From an uncultured Candidatus Saccharibacteria bacterium (lineage in GTDB: Bacteria > Patescibacteriota > Dojkabacteria > J137): DNA of 64,000 nt. The translations under genes were made by a program, and so were the position numbers. The stretch covers positions 196,190 to 260,189 of the forward strand of contig CAZSKK010000001.1 of NCBI GenBank assembly GCA_964607415.1. Direction: 5' to 3'. The notes below the pieces were generated by a model. It searched no databases. It was given only the letters and a program-made list of their open reading frames with translations, and was not told the origin of the DNA. Of the stretch, positions 9,533-19,076 are shown one piece after another (the first letter of the stretch is position 1; each line of letters starts with the position of its first letter).

Positions 9533-9605
9533 GCACCTGTAGCTCAATGGATAGAGCAACTGTCTTCGGAACAGAAGGTTGGGGGTTCGACTCCCTCCAG
9601 GTGTA
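9533..9605 (+). tRNA. tRNA-Arg (anticodon TCG, with an A-A mismatch closing the anticodon stem)
   Basis: Acceptor GCACCTG/CAGGTGT. D-arm TAGCTCAATGGATAGAGC. Anticodon loop CTTCGGA. T-arm GGGGG TTCGACT CCCTC. Confidence 0.6.
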
Positions 9606-9773
9606 TTTTGTTCTAACTCTTCTTTATTTACAAGTTTAGTTCTTTTTATAAGAAGTAAAGAAATCCTTTCCGCTCTTCGGCAGTCGCCTAAATTCGGTAA
9701 CAATGTTATAATATATCCACTAAATATTAACTGTAATAACGTGAGCGATCGGTTTACCCTACCTGAATCGCCC

Positions 9774-10274
9774 ATGGAGCTTGAAGAAGAAAGAGTTTTG
9801 GAAAGATATGAGGATACTTGGGACGAAATAAATCCTGATGCATCTTACTTGATTTCCAAAGAACTAAACTCACATAGAATTGAATATTCAGGGTCTAGAG
9901 CCTCTGACCCAGTTAATCATGATGGGAAATATCCTTTCATTTTTTACGGATGTTCTGACAACCCTGAGTATGTTACAGAGGGAGTTGTAGCGCTTTTTAA
10001 GCAACTCGATGAAGAGCATGGAGAACTACCAGAGATTGTAGTTCATAGAAGTTGCGCTTTTAGCGTAAATGATAATGTGCAAGCTTACTCGTATACTCTT
10101 TTCTATAAAGAAAACAAGGAGAGAGGACTGTATAGAATAAGCCTGACCGTTAAGGGCTTTAGTACACAAAGAACAGCTAAATTGGCTGAAACAAATAAAT
10201 GTATACAAATCTCTCTTGCAGAAAGCAATATTCATATAGGTCCCATTAGAGTAAAACCTGAAAGGGAACAATAA
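9774..10274 (+). CDS. Hypothetical protein
   Basis: The ORF track starts at 9579 inside the tRNA. The first Met clear of the tRNA is MELEEERVLERYEDTWDE at 9774. Confidence 0.4.
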   Translation: MELEEERVLERYEDTWDEINPDASYLISKELNSHRIEYSGSRASDPVNHDGKYPFIFYGCSDNPEYVTEGVVALFKQLDEEHGELPEIVVHRSCAFSVNDNVQAYSYTLFYKENKERGLYRISLTVKGFSTQRTAKLAETNKCIQISLAESNIHIGPIRVKPEREQ

Positions 10275-10277
10275 CCC

Positions 10278-11093
10278 TTATTCAATCACAAACTCACTAT
10301 TCATTAGGCTTTTGATTTTCGAATATGGAACCTCTACTATTTGAGGACCTACAGCATATGGGCCAACTTGATAGTCACCAAAGGTAAAATATAATCCTTT
10401 ATTGGTAACATTGAATAACATAAAATTGTCGTCAACAGGTCCTGCTCCAGATTCGATAGTATCATCAAGGCTTCCATCGCTAAATTTATCTTTTAACTTT
10501 TCAATTGAGTAGTCAGAAATAATGGTTAAATAGTCAGAATTATTTTTAAATAAATCAGAAAGTGCAATCTCAGTGTTATTTTCAAGATCATAATTTACCA
10601 CAACAAAAGTCGTGCCTGGATGTGCTCCACCTGCATAATAAGATCCGCTCAATAAAATGCTTACAAAATTGTCATTTTTTCCTTTCACTTCAAATGTTAG
10701 TTCAATCTTATTTTTACCACTCAATGTTTCGTCAAATGGAGCTTCTCTTGTTGAATCAGCGTTTGCATCTACAATATCTTTCACAAAATGGTTAAAGTCA
10801 TCTTGTGTCTCTTCATTAGAATAATCTTCAAGAACTGGATATGTTATATCTATAGAATAACTTGACCCTTCTTCGATTAGCTTTTTAGATCCTATCTTCC
10901 ACTCTTTTTCAGGTGTTAAATCTGAAGATTCTTCTTCAATATTATTTGTAGAGTCGCTTTGCTCTGCTTGATTGTCTTCGTCTTTGTTATCTTTATTTTC
11001 TAGATAAAACACAACTGCAGCTGTAGTTGCTGCAACACCCCACGCAATAAGGATAAGAACTAGAATAAGATTAAGCGCTCTTTTGATTTTCAT
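10278..11093 (-). CDS. Secreted DUF3298/DUF4163-like (RsiV/PdaC C-domain-like) protein with N-terminal anchor
   Basis: N-terminal TM ALNLILVLILIAWGVAATTAAVVFY. C-terminus ...TFGDYQVGPYAVGPQIVEVPYSKI is typical of DUF3298. Confidence 0.45.
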   Translation of the reverse strand: MKIKRALNLILVLILIAWGVAATTAAVVFYLENKDNKDEDNQAEQSDSTNNIEEESSDLTPEKEWKIGSKKLIEEGSSYSIDITYPVLEDYSNEETQDDFNHFVKDIVDANADSTREAPFDETLSGKNKIELTFEVKGKNDNFVSILLSGSYYAGGAHPGTTFVVVNYDLENNTEIALSDLFKNNSDYLTIISDYSIEKLKDKFSDGSLDDTIESGAGPVDDNFMLFNVTNKGLYFTFGDYQVGPYAVGPQIVEVPYSKIKSLMNSEFVIE

Positions 11094-11196
11094 AATAAAA
11101 AAAATTTAAATTAAAAATGATTATTATTTTATTATACATGAAATTGAGAACGAGGTATTATGAACAAGGAATTTTGGTGATAGGAGTATTTAAATG

Positions 11197-11271
11197 TGAG
11201 TCGGGCGGGATTCGAACCCGCGACCAATCCCGATCAGAGATCGGGACTGCTCTCTTGAGCTATAAGATTTT
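11197..11271 (-). pseudogene. tRNA-Lys-like pseudogene: intact T-arm and acceptor 3' strand, aberrant anticodon arm (9-bp GATC-containing stem with a 3-nt TCT loop)
   Basis: Its 3' 33 nt plus 19 nt of trailer are near-identical to the intact tRNA-Lys(CTT) 330 bp away. D-arm is TAGCTCAAGAGAGCAG. Anticodon arm is GTCCCGATCTCTGATCGGGAT. Confidence 0.5.
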
Positions 11272-11503
11272 CGATATATTTTTTGCTTTTCATTTTCTTA
11301 ATCTGTTTTTCTCTTTTTAGTGCTTTTGTTTTTTCAGTGAAAGTTTCATAATATACCAGTTTCCAGTCACCAATGTTTTTCCTTGTGAACTTTGATTTGT
11401 GATGGTGTTTGTTATGCTCTAAAAGCCTTAGATTAAGATTAGTTGTAAATCCAATATAATATTTGCCTATTTCGCTGTTATGAAGAATATAAACGTAAAA
11501 CAT
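11234..11503 (-). CDS. Small GIY-YIG nuclease-domain protein (UPF0213/YhbQ-like)
   Basis: MFYVYILHNSEIGKYYIGFTTNLNLRLLEHN... shows the GIY..YIG motifs and the R/E/N catalytic residues. 89 aa. Its 3' end overlaps the 5' half of the tRNA-Lys pseudogene. Confidence 0.7.
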   Translation of the reverse strand: MFYVYILHNSEIGKYYIGFTTNLNLRLLEHNKHHHKSKFTRKNIGDWKLVYYETFTEKTKALKREKQIKKMKSKKYIENLIAQESSPDL

Positions 11504-11525
11504 TTTTGATAGGAGTATTTTAATG

Positions 11526-11597
11526 TGAGTCGGGCGGGATTCGAACCCGCGACCAATCGCTTAAGAGGCGACTGCTCTACCACTGAGCTACCAACCC
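11526..11597 (-). tRNA. tRNA-Lys (anticodon CTT)
   Basis: Revcomp GGGTTGG TA GCTCAGTGGTAGAGC A GTCGC CTCTTAA GCGAT TGGTC GCGGG TTCGAAT CCCGC CCGACTC A. The acceptor has two G-U pairs. Confidence 0.75.
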
Positions 11598-11759
11598 CAA
11601 AAAAAATAATATGCTGTTTGGCAAAACTAGGAACTATAAGATTTCCGCGTGTCTTGCAATGTATGTTACATATTACTAATAATGCTTGGAAATTATATCA
11701 CTATAAGTTAAACATGAGAATAAGAACTTTTTTATTAATATTATTTATAGCTAGGTCTT

Positions 11760-12251
11760 ATGAACAGTATAGAAGAAAAAGAACTAACTAACTTAATGCA
11801 AAAGTTACCAGACACATTCGGTTACGAGCTATTTTGTTCAGTAGCAGGAAAATTTGTTTTGCCCGCAGTTGAAGCTTTAATTTTTAGGGAGTATGAAGGT
11901 AGAAAACAAATACTTTTAATAAAACGGGATGCAAGAGATCATGTTTGGTCTAACCTTTGGCACAATCCTGGAACTATAATCAGAAAAAGCGATTTTACAG
12001 AATCAGGATTATTAAGTAACCAAACATTGCAAAAATGTTTTAAAAGACTGGAGTTTAATGAAATAAAAGGCAAATTTAAGTTTGAACCCAAATTTAAAAA
12101 TATTTATATAGATAAAACCAAAAGAGGTGTGGGGTTACACTTATTGTTTGAATGTGAGGTTGAGAACTTTTCCGAAGGACAGTTTTTTAATGTAGACAAC
12201 CTTCCAGAAAACAGAGTTGAAAATATTGAAAGGCTTTTTAAGTTAATCTAA
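11760..12251 (+). CDS. Hypothetical protein
   Basis: 163-aa ORF with no motif recognised. Start codon is uncertain. Confidence 0.4.
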   Translation: MNSIEEKELTNLMQKLPDTFGYELFCSVAGKFVLPAVEALIFREYEGRKQILLIKRDARDHVWSNLWHNPGTIIRKSDFTESGLLSNQTLQKCFKRLEFNEIKGKFKFEPKFKNIYIDKTKRGVGLHLLFECEVENFSEGQFFNVDNLPENRVENIERLFKLI

Positions 12252-12464
12252 TCATCTACTTTTAATTAGTTCGTCGATGCTAAAGTCGTCCAGCCAAAGC
12301 AAGAATAAGCCAAATGCTATTGATATTCCATAACTTATATCTTTGTGGTTTGGAAACAAATATTCATCGCAAAACCCCCAAACCCCTCTCCAAATTAGAA
12401 CAATAGCAATTGTCATTACTATAACTTTTAAGTTCTCTTTAAAATTTTTAACCTTCAATCTCAT
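12252..12464 (-). CDS. Small hydrophobic membrane protein (hypothetical)
   Basis: 70 aa with two predicted TM helices. It fills an otherwise empty interval. Confidence 0.3.
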   Translation of the reverse strand: MRLKVKNFKENLKVIVMTIAIVLIWRGVWGFCDEYLFPNHKDISYGISIAFGLFLLWLDDFSIDELIKSR

Positions 12465-12541
12465 ATTGTGGCTTATAAAATATAAATGTTTGACTTACTT
12501 AATTACTTTCAATAAAATTTTAGCAGATTTAACTTCAAACT

Positions 12542-13096
12542 ATGAGTAAATTCCTGCCTTTATTATTGACTATAACAATGGCCATTTCATCATGTGGAAA
12601 CGAAGGAACAAGCCATGAATCTATTCTACCATCAGCCCAATCATCACCAACACCTCTTAAGATTATAGATTCAGCGCCAGAATTTATTAGAGCTTTTAAC
12701 ATTTATGTTGTATCAGATTTGCCTACTCCAGATGAAATAATCTTTGAAATAAACAACTATTTAAAAGTTCAAGGTAGTACAGGTCAAATTGGTATAGGAA
12801 GAGACAGCGATGGTGCAGCCGTTTGTTCTATTGAAATTATCACTTCAAAAGATGGAGAAGTGTTAACAAGCGTTACAACAGCTCAGGGAACAATGTACTA
12901 TATGGAAGCTTATGGAGAAAGGGCAATGTATGTTCCAAACTTAGAACGAGTAAGAAAGGGAACAGAGACGACAATTTTGCAGCCAAATACTACTTATGCA
13001 GTTGACAAAAATGAAATAGATTTTGTTGTAAATGCTTGCAGTAGCTTTGATATGGAAGTTCAAGAAATTAGATATTCTTTAGATCCTGAAGCTTAG
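12542..13096 (+). CDS. Lipoprotein (hypothetical)
   Basis: Signal peptide plus lipobox LLLTITMAISSCGN. Confidence 0.5.
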   Translation: MSKFLPLLLTITMAISSCGNEGTSHESILPSAQSSPTPLKIIDSAPEFIRAFNIYVVSDLPTPDEIIFEINNYLKVQGSTGQIGIGRDSDGAAVCSIEIITSKDGEVLTSVTTAQGTMYYMEAYGERAMYVPNLERVRKGTETTILQPNTTYAVDKNEIDFVVNACSSFDMEVQEIRYSLDPEA

Positions 13097-13440
13097 GAAA
13101 TTTGCTGTTTTTTAAGCTCATTTGCAATCCTTATCAGTGAAACTTTTAAATCTTTAATAAGATCACTTCTTTCATCTTCACTGCTATTCTTTGCTTTATT
13201 AAATTCTTTATCTAGAGCTACAATATCTTTTTTGATTTTTTCAAAATCCTTTTTAGATTCTTTAGATTTAATAATTTCTTCAAGTTGCGTTTTTATTGTT
13301 TCAAATTCACAAGCTAGTTCTTCGAGCTTTGATTTAACTTTTTGTTTATCTTCTGAGCTTGAAAATTTAGCAACAATTGCACCAATTAATGAGACAAGAA
13401 ATACTGCCCTAAGAATGTTTTTTATTATTTTCATAGACAA
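13093..13440 (-). CDS. Secreted coiled-coil protein (hypothetical)
   Basis: N-terminal signal/anchor followed by a Lys/Glu-rich heptad-like sequence. Confidence 0.4.
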   Translation of the reverse strand: MSMKIIKNILRAVFLVSLIGAIVAKFSSSEDKQKVKSKLEELACEFETIKTQLEEIIKSKESKKDFEKIKKDIVALDKEFNKAKNSSEDERSDLIKDLKVSLIRIANELKKQQIS

Positions 13441-13562
13441 CGAATTAAGATACCAAAATTATAAAAATTAACAATTTGAAGAATTTACAATTTTCATTAT
13501 TTTAGTCTTCCCAATGTATTTGAAAATTTTTAAAATTGAGAATTGACAATTATGCTTTACTT

Positions 13563-13934
13563 TCAGTCATTCTCAGGTTTAGTTGCCTGAACTGTTCCTT
13601 CGGGATGCTGAGGTGGAGCATAAATTGTATAAAGCTTAAGTTCTCCGTCACCAATATTAATAACGTTGTGTTTTGTTCCAGCTGGTACTATTAAAACATC
13701 ATCAACATTTAATTCAGACTCTTCACCATTTAGGATAGCTTTGGCTTTACCCTGCTCAATCCTAAAAAATTGATCATGGGTTTCATGTACTTCTTCGCCT
13801 ATTTCCTCGCCAGACTTCAACATCATGACTACCAGCTGCATATTCTTTCCAGTATGCAATACCGCCCTGTAGTTTGAATTGTGGATAGTCTCGTCATCTA
13901 TATTTGAAACGTAACCTACTTTAGATCGGTTCAT
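13563..13934 (-). CDS. Cupin-domain protein
   Basis: ETHDQFFRIEQGKAKAIL...VLIVPAGTKHNVINIGDGELKLYTIY carries the cupin-2 motifs. Confidence 0.6.
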   Translation of the reverse strand: MNRSKVGYVSNIDDETIHNSNYRAVLHTGKNMQLVVMMLKSGEEIGEEVHETHDQFFRIEQGKAKAILNGEESELNVDDVLIVPAGTKHNVINIGDGELKLYTIYAPPQHPEGTVQATKPEND

Positions 13935-14240
13935 AAGAATGATTTAAGAATTAATAGTAAGTAAAGTTGAAAGGCTTTAAAGTTTGAACGTTAAAACATT
14001 ATAACTTTGTAACCCTCCCCTATATTCTAGTACTGATTGGTATAAAGAGCAAATTACAGATGAATACCTAAGCCTAAATTGCAAAGTGCAGTAAACAAAT
14101 TCAAAATACTGTTCAAAAATTCAAAAAATAAACTGAAATTTTATGCTTGTATTGTTTTTATTTTTTTGAATCCTAAATCATTATTCCTGAATCATTTTAT
14201 CTATGCTATCATTGTTGGTCTTACACTTTTGTTAAATTTT

Positions 14241-15686
14241 ATGGAAAAGCAAAAAATAATTGTTCGATTTGAGGATGTTTCATTTAAGTATTCTGACGAA
14301 AAAATAATCTTGGATAAGGTTAACTTTAACGTTCGTGAAAATTCCAAAATCACCATAATGGGACAAAATGGAGCGGGTAAAAGTACAATTTTTAAACTTC
14401 TGACCGGAAATTTAAAACCTCAAGAAGGACAAATCCATATTGATAAAACTGCAACTATTGGTATTGCTGAGCAAATGGTTCCTAAAGACAAATTGGAATT
14501 AACAATTTTGGAATATTTTAAAACTGCATTTAAAGAACCTGTTTATGGAATTGAAAAAAATATAAAGGATGTTCTGGAAATTGTAAATTTAAGTGTATCA
14601 AATGATAAAAAGGTCAAAGAGCTTTCTGGAGGACAAAAAGCTAGACTTCTTTTAGCCTATGCTTTAATTCAAGATCCGGATATTTTACTTTTAGATGAGC
14701 CCACAAACAATCTTGATCACGATGGTATAGAGCATTTAACAAATTTCTTAATGTACTATTGGAAAACAGTAATTGTAATTTCCCACGATGCAGATTTTTT
14801 AAACTCATTTACTGATGGAGTTTTGAACTTAGATGTTAGGACAAAAAAAGTAGAACAATTTGTAGGAAATTATTACGATGTAATGGATCAAATTGCGCAA
14901 CACATAGAAAGGCAACGATTACTCAATGCTAGAATTGAGAAAAGTGTTAAGGATAGGTTTGAAAAAGTTAATAAATTAGGGGGGAAAAGTGTTGCAATGA
15001 GAAGATTGGCAAATAAAGTTAGAGCTGATATTGAAGAAGACAGAGCTCAAATGGTAGAAATTAGAAGAGATGATAAAACTTTGCCTGATTTTATCATTCC
15101 TACAACCGATTACTCTTACCCGCTAATTAAAATAAATAAAATTAGTTTTCTCAAGCATGGCGAAGTTCAGGAAAAAGAAGTTGATATTGAGATAAGAAAA
15201 GGTAAAAAGCTTTTAATTTCAGGTCCAAATGGTATTGGAAAATCAACTTTATTAAAAGCCATTTTAAATGAAGAAGGCGCAAAATTAGGGGAAGATGTTA
15301 AGGTTGGATACTACAGTCAAGATTTTTCTGAGCTTGACTTTGAACAAACAGCAATGGAATCACTACAGAGTGTTTGTGATGAGGTGGATTTACAAAAGAT
15401 TTATGGCACAGCTGGTAGATTTTTACTTAATGGAGAATTATTAAATAATAAAGTTGGAAGTTTGTCTGAAGGACAAAAAGGATTACTTTGCTATGCAAGA
15501 TTTATGCTTCAAGAGCCAGGGTTACTAATAATGGACGAGCCAACAAATCATATAAACTTTAGGCATATTCCTGTTATTGCAAAAGCTATTCAAAACTATA
15601 AAGGCGGACTAATTTTAATAAGCCACTTAAAAGATTTTGTAGAAAGTATACATGTTGATCAGGAGCTTGAGTTAGGGAAATACTAG
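14241..15686 (+). CDS. ABC-F family ATPase with duplicated ATP-binding cassettes and no transmembrane domain
   Basis: Two cassettes: Walker A GQNGAGKST and GPNGIGKST; signature motifs LSGGQKARL and LSEGQKGLL; Walker B LLLDEPTN and LIMDEPTN. The start is moved to Met55 (MEKQKIIVRF) of the track ORF. Confidence 0.75.
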   Translation: MEKQKIIVRFEDVSFKYSDEKIILDKVNFNVRENSKITIMGQNGAGKSTIFKLLTGNLKPQEGQIHIDKTATIGIAEQMVPKDKLELTILEYFKTAFKEPVYGIEKNIKDVLEIVNLSVSNDKKVKELSGGQKARLLLAYALIQDPDILLLDEPTNNLDHDGIEHLTNFLMYYWKTVIVISHDADFLNSFTDGVLNLDVRTKKVEQFVGNYYDVMDQIAQHIERQRLLNARIEKSVKDRFEKVNKLGGKSVAMRRLANKVRADIEEDRAQMVEIRRDDKTLPDFIIPTTDYSYPLIKINKISFLKHGEVQEKEVDIEIRKGKKLLISGPNGIGKSTLLKAILNEEGAKLGEDVKVGYYSQDFSELDFEQTAMESLQSVCDEVDLQKIYGTAGRFLLNGELLNNKVGSLSEGQKGLLCYARFMLQEPGLLIMDEPTNHINFRHIPVIAKAIQNYKGGLILISHLKDFVESIHVDQELELGKY

Positions 15687-15691
15687 ATTAA

Positions 15692-16441
15692 TTAAATTTC
15701 CTCAGGATTGTCTTGCTCGTACTCACTGTTTTTCCAGTCTTTTACAAAACCTGATATTGAGCAGTTTCTACCATTTATTTTAACTAACATTTGTCTGAAT
15801 TTGGCTTCTTCACTTGACTGGTCTTTCCAAGTTGTGCCTTTTCCTTCAATCGACTGCAAGGATTGTATGATTGCCTCGTAACTATATGCAATAAAAACAC
15901 TAACACTTCTATCAAAATTTTGACCATTATAAGTAGGTGATGAGAAGTTATGCCTAGCTTTTGGATCAGCAAAATCATTGTAATAATTAAAAATGTTTGC
16001 TGGCGATACTAAATAATAGATTCCGATTTCTTTATTTTTAAGAACGGTTACATAGTGATAGTCAAAATACTTTAACTGAGGTGAACCTGATGCTAAAAGC
16101 CAGCAGTCAAATTTATCACTAAGGTATTGTTTAACAAATTCATGTATAACTTTAGAAGCAACATCGCATCTCCCTTTTGTTATTTGATGAAACCAAAAAA
16201 TATCATTAAGTGAGTCATCGTTATCCTCAAGTCCTAATGTGTTAGCTAAAATTACCCTGTCTTCATCACCTAGTTCTAATTCCCCTACCTCGGTTACTTT
16301 ATATTTAAATTTGTAAAGTTCAACTATAAAATCAAAGGCGCAGGTCATTGCTGCCTTGATATCTACAAGATCAGGATAATTTTCCAAATCCTCGGGATTA
16401 CGAACATTGGCGATTTGACTTTTACTCTCCTCTATTCCCAT
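15692..16441 (-). CDS. Hypothetical protein
   Basis: 249-aa ORF with no recognised motif. Confidence 0.4.
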   Translation of the reverse strand: MGIEESKSQIANVRNPEDLENYPDLVDIKAAMTCAFDFIVELYKFKYKVTEVGELELGDEDRVILANTLGLEDNDDSLNDIFWFHQITKGRCDVASKVIHEFVKQYLSDKFDCWLLASGSPQLKYFDYHYVTVLKNKEIGIYYLVSPANIFNYYNDFADPKARHNFSSPTYNGQNFDRSVSVFIAYSYEAIIQSLQSIEGKGTTWKDQSSEEAKFRQMLVKINGRNCSISGFVKDWKNSEYEQDNPEEI

Positions 16442-16534
16442 ACGCTAAATTAATATATCATTATAATATATCGTTCAATGGTTGTCACTTAAAGAACTTC
16501 TTTACATTCTTGTTTTTCCGTTCTAAATTAAGTA

Positions 16535-16774
16535 ATGGCTTATTACGTTTATATACTAAAATGTTCAGATGATTCTTTATATACTGGCATTACCAATGAT
16601 TTAGATAACAGACTTTTAATGCATAAGTTAGGTAAAGGTTCCAAGTATGTTAGGTCGAGACTTCCATTTAAAATTGTATATAAAGAAGAATTAAAAACTA
16701 AGTCTGAAGCTTTAAAAAGAGAGATTCAGATTAAGAAGATGAATAAAAATGCAAAAATAAAGCTTTTACAATAA
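16535..16774 (+). CDS. Small GIY-YIG nuclease-domain protein (second paralog)
   Basis: MAYYVYILKCSDDSLYTGITNDLDNRLLMHKLGKG... is the same family as the 11234..11503 gene. Confidence 0.7.
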   Translation: MAYYVYILKCSDDSLYTGITNDLDNRLLMHKLGKGSKYVRSRLPFKIVYKEELKTKSEALKREIQIKKMNKNAKIKLLQ

Positions 16775-16778
16775 TATT

Positions 16779-19076
16779 TTATGCCTTCTGAATTCTTGAA
16801 ATTTTATCAACACAAATTTTAAGAGTTAGACCTAAAAGATAAATTACCTCGTCCGAAATAAAGTCTTTAGGTTCAAGCAATCCATGTGCAAGTTTATTCC
16901 TTAATCCATATTGATCCGAAACAAGTAGTAGCTCGAGTTGATTAATTTCATCTTCACCAATTAATTGCTCAAGCTCTACTCTATAAGTTGTAATAAGTTT
17001 TCCAAGCGTAAAATCATCCTGAACATCGTCAATTAACATGGCTGTAATTTCACCATTTTCTTCTAAGATATCTCTTAATGACTCTTCCAACTGAGGTATT
17101 AGAAAGTGCATAGCCTCAAGAGGTTTACCTGAAAGGGTTGCATGTAATCCTCTAAACCAAAGAATCGTTTGAGCTTCAGGTACAAAGTTACTTGAAGTCA
17201 AAATTGTATATTGAAAAAGTTTGTTTATTTCTTTTGCTAATTCCTGAGAATTAGCTATTTCAACAAGACTACCAAGTATCAAATTTCTATTGTGGATTAT
17301 ACCAGTACTTGGTTGAACTTTATTGGCTAACCCAACAAGGGTTTTATGAATAGACTGAGTTTCAACCAATTGTTGACCTTCTTTAAACTCGGCGTTATTT
17401 TGATCTATTTGTGAATCATGGATTGAGCTAAGATTTTGTAGTTGAAGTACATTAGTTCCAAACTTTCGCGTACTAATCTCTGCCATTTTCATTATAAGCA
17501 TTGACAAATAGAGCCCATCTACATTTGTAAAAGGCAGTTGTTGATCTGCAATTAATCCATGCATAATATTATTTCGTAGATTGGAACCAAATCTCTCAAC
17601 AAGTAGGCATCTTAAATTGAAGTATAGATCCTCACCAAAAATGTCAATTAAAGCTATTTTTGTTTCTTCCTGGTAAAGAAATTGATCGAGCTTATAGCTT
17701 TCTTGGATTTCTTCTGTTGTTAAATTAGGTGGAATTGTTCCATTTAAAACTAATGCATGCCTTAAAGACTGTTCAACTTGCGGAATTAGTAAGTGAATAC
17801 CTTTTGCATAATCTCCGTTTAAAATTGCATCTAAACCTACTTTAAAAATTTCTTGTCTATTTGCTGGAATAAACTTACTTTCTATTACAAAGTCAGGAAT
17901 TTCGATTAAACCTTCTTGCTCTTTTCGCAAAGCTTCTAGTGCTCCGTAAAATAAGACTGCATGCTCAGTTTGTTTAACTCTTGCTCTGTAAAAAACATGG
18001 TGGTTTAAACCATCTTCTGGAGTACCAACACCTTTATATTTATCATCTTTATCAATTACTATTGCAGGTATTGCACGCTCAAGTGGCGATAGTGTTGCTT
18101 CTAAATCTATAGATTTAGGTAGAAAATCCAACTGCATTAAATCGATCAATAAAGCGTCAATTGCCTTTCCTCTACCTAATGCATTACCTTCATTGAATAT
18201 TTTATCAACTGCATCTTGATCGTACGATTGTGGCCTTAGCTTTAGAAAGTCATTAGTAAAAAATCTTCCTCTGTCAGGAAGTTTTGCAGCTTCTTTTTGA
18301 TAGCTTAAAATTAACTTATTAAAGGCCTTGATTTCTGGTCTGAAAGTACCGATATTTCTAATTAAGGGTGGTCTTGCTGATGTATCAGTTAATCTACCTA
18401 ATGCGATTTCAGCTTCAAGCAGGGCTTCATTATGGTTTAAATACCCTTTTTTTAATCCTTCATTTATATATTCTGTGCCACGTATATTAACTGAATTTAA
18501 AAAAGCTTGCCTTGCGCTAATCTCATCTGAATTGAGCATATGAATCTGAGCTTTAATTTCGAAGTATTCACTTTTTCTGATAAAAAGCATAGCTCTAATA
18601 CGTACATCAGAACTAGTATCTAATAGTTCGTTGAATTCTAGTATTTTTGCTTCAATTATAGGTAAATAAGTTGAAGGATCGCATTCATTAAAATCAATAA
18701 GATGTTGAATCAAATTTTTTTGATAAATAATTTCTGCAATATCTAATGTAGGGAAAACTTTTGAATTTATTCTTTGAACTTCACTCTTTATATATGATAT
18801 GGATTGAGTATATATAGGATTATTTTTACCTAACTGCAAGGATATTTTGCATGCTCTGGACGCTCTTTGTAGGGAAAATTCGTAAAGCTGTTGTCGCTTT
18901 GCAGGAGATTTTATTGCTTTGTCTCTTAATTCCTGAGCACTTAAAATATAATTTTCTGCTGCACTTTTAGTAAATGGATAAAGATTTCTTACATCTTGCA
19001 TTGTAAGTTTGTATCTTAGTAAATCGTGAACTATTGCAGCTAGTTCTGGATTTTTAACTGGAAGAATGCTATTCAA
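16779..19076 (-). CDS. Large protein with two tandem C-terminal repeats each carrying an Rx4HG (HEPN-like) motif; possibly DUF4209-related
   Basis: Repeats: HLLIPQVEQSLRHAL...SNLRNNIMHG and HFLIPQLEESLRDIL...GLRNKLAHG. The track start is TTG. The frame stays open upstream to 19361 with no canonical start. Confidence 0.55.
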   Translation of the reverse strand: MNSILPVKNPELAAIVHDLLRYKLTMQDVRNLYPFTKSAAENYILSAQELRDKAIKSPAKRQQLYEFSLQRASRACKISLQLGKNNPIYTQSISYIKSEVQRINSKVFPTLDIAEIIYQKNLIQHLIDFNECDPSTYLPIIEAKILEFNELLDTSSDVRIRAMLFIRKSEYFEIKAQIHMLNSDEISARQAFLNSVNIRGTEYINEGLKKGYLNHNEALLEAEIALGRLTDTSARPPLIRNIGTFRPEIKAFNKLILSYQKEAAKLPDRGRFFTNDFLKLRPQSYDQDAVDKIFNEGNALGRGKAIDALLIDLMQLDFLPKSIDLEATLSPLERAIPAIVIDKDDKYKGVGTPEDGLNHHVFYRARVKQTEHAVLFYGALEALRKEQEGLIEIPDFVIESKFIPANRQEIFKVGLDAILNGDYAKGIHLLIPQVEQSLRHALVLNGTIPPNLTTEEIQESYKLDQFLYQEETKIALIDIFGEDLYFNLRCLLVERFGSNLRNNIMHGLIADQQLPFTNVDGLYLSMLIMKMAEISTRKFGTNVLQLQNLSSIHDSQIDQNNAEFKEGQQLVETQSIHKTLVGLANKVQPSTGIIHNRNLILGSLVEIANSQELAKEINKLFQYTILTSSNFVPEAQTILWFRGLHATLSGKPLEAMHFLIPQLEESLRDILEENGEITAMLIDDVQDDFTLGKLITTYRVELEQLIGEDEINQLELLLVSDQYGLRNKLAHGLLEPKDFISDEVIYLLGLTLKICVDKISRIQKA

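Noticed and set aside
9451-9775. ORFs 9451-9639 (+), 9530-9775 (-) and the 5' part of 9579-10274 (+)
   Set aside because: They overlap tRNA-Arg(TCG) and the tRNA fragment array. The real CDS probably starts at Met 9774.
11117-11791. ORFs 11117-11320 (+) and 11525-11791 (+)
   Set aside because: They overlap the tRNA-Lys pseudogene and tRNA-Lys(CTT) on the opposite strand, and they overlap the better-supported GIY-YIG gene.
14079-14240. The first 54 codons of the ABC-F ORF as annotated in the track (hydrophobic MQSAVNKFKILF...)
   Set aside because: It carries no ABC-F features. The Met at 14241 (MEKQKIIVRFEDVSF) gives a canonical ABC-F N-terminus, so the upstream part is probably 5' UTR.
16779-19076. 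Cas13-like type VI effector (two Rx4H HEPN motifs, about 770 aa)
   Set aside because: There is no CRISPR array or repeat structure within the window. The motifs are both in the C-terminal half rather than at the two ends. HEPN-like toxin or defence protein is the safer description.
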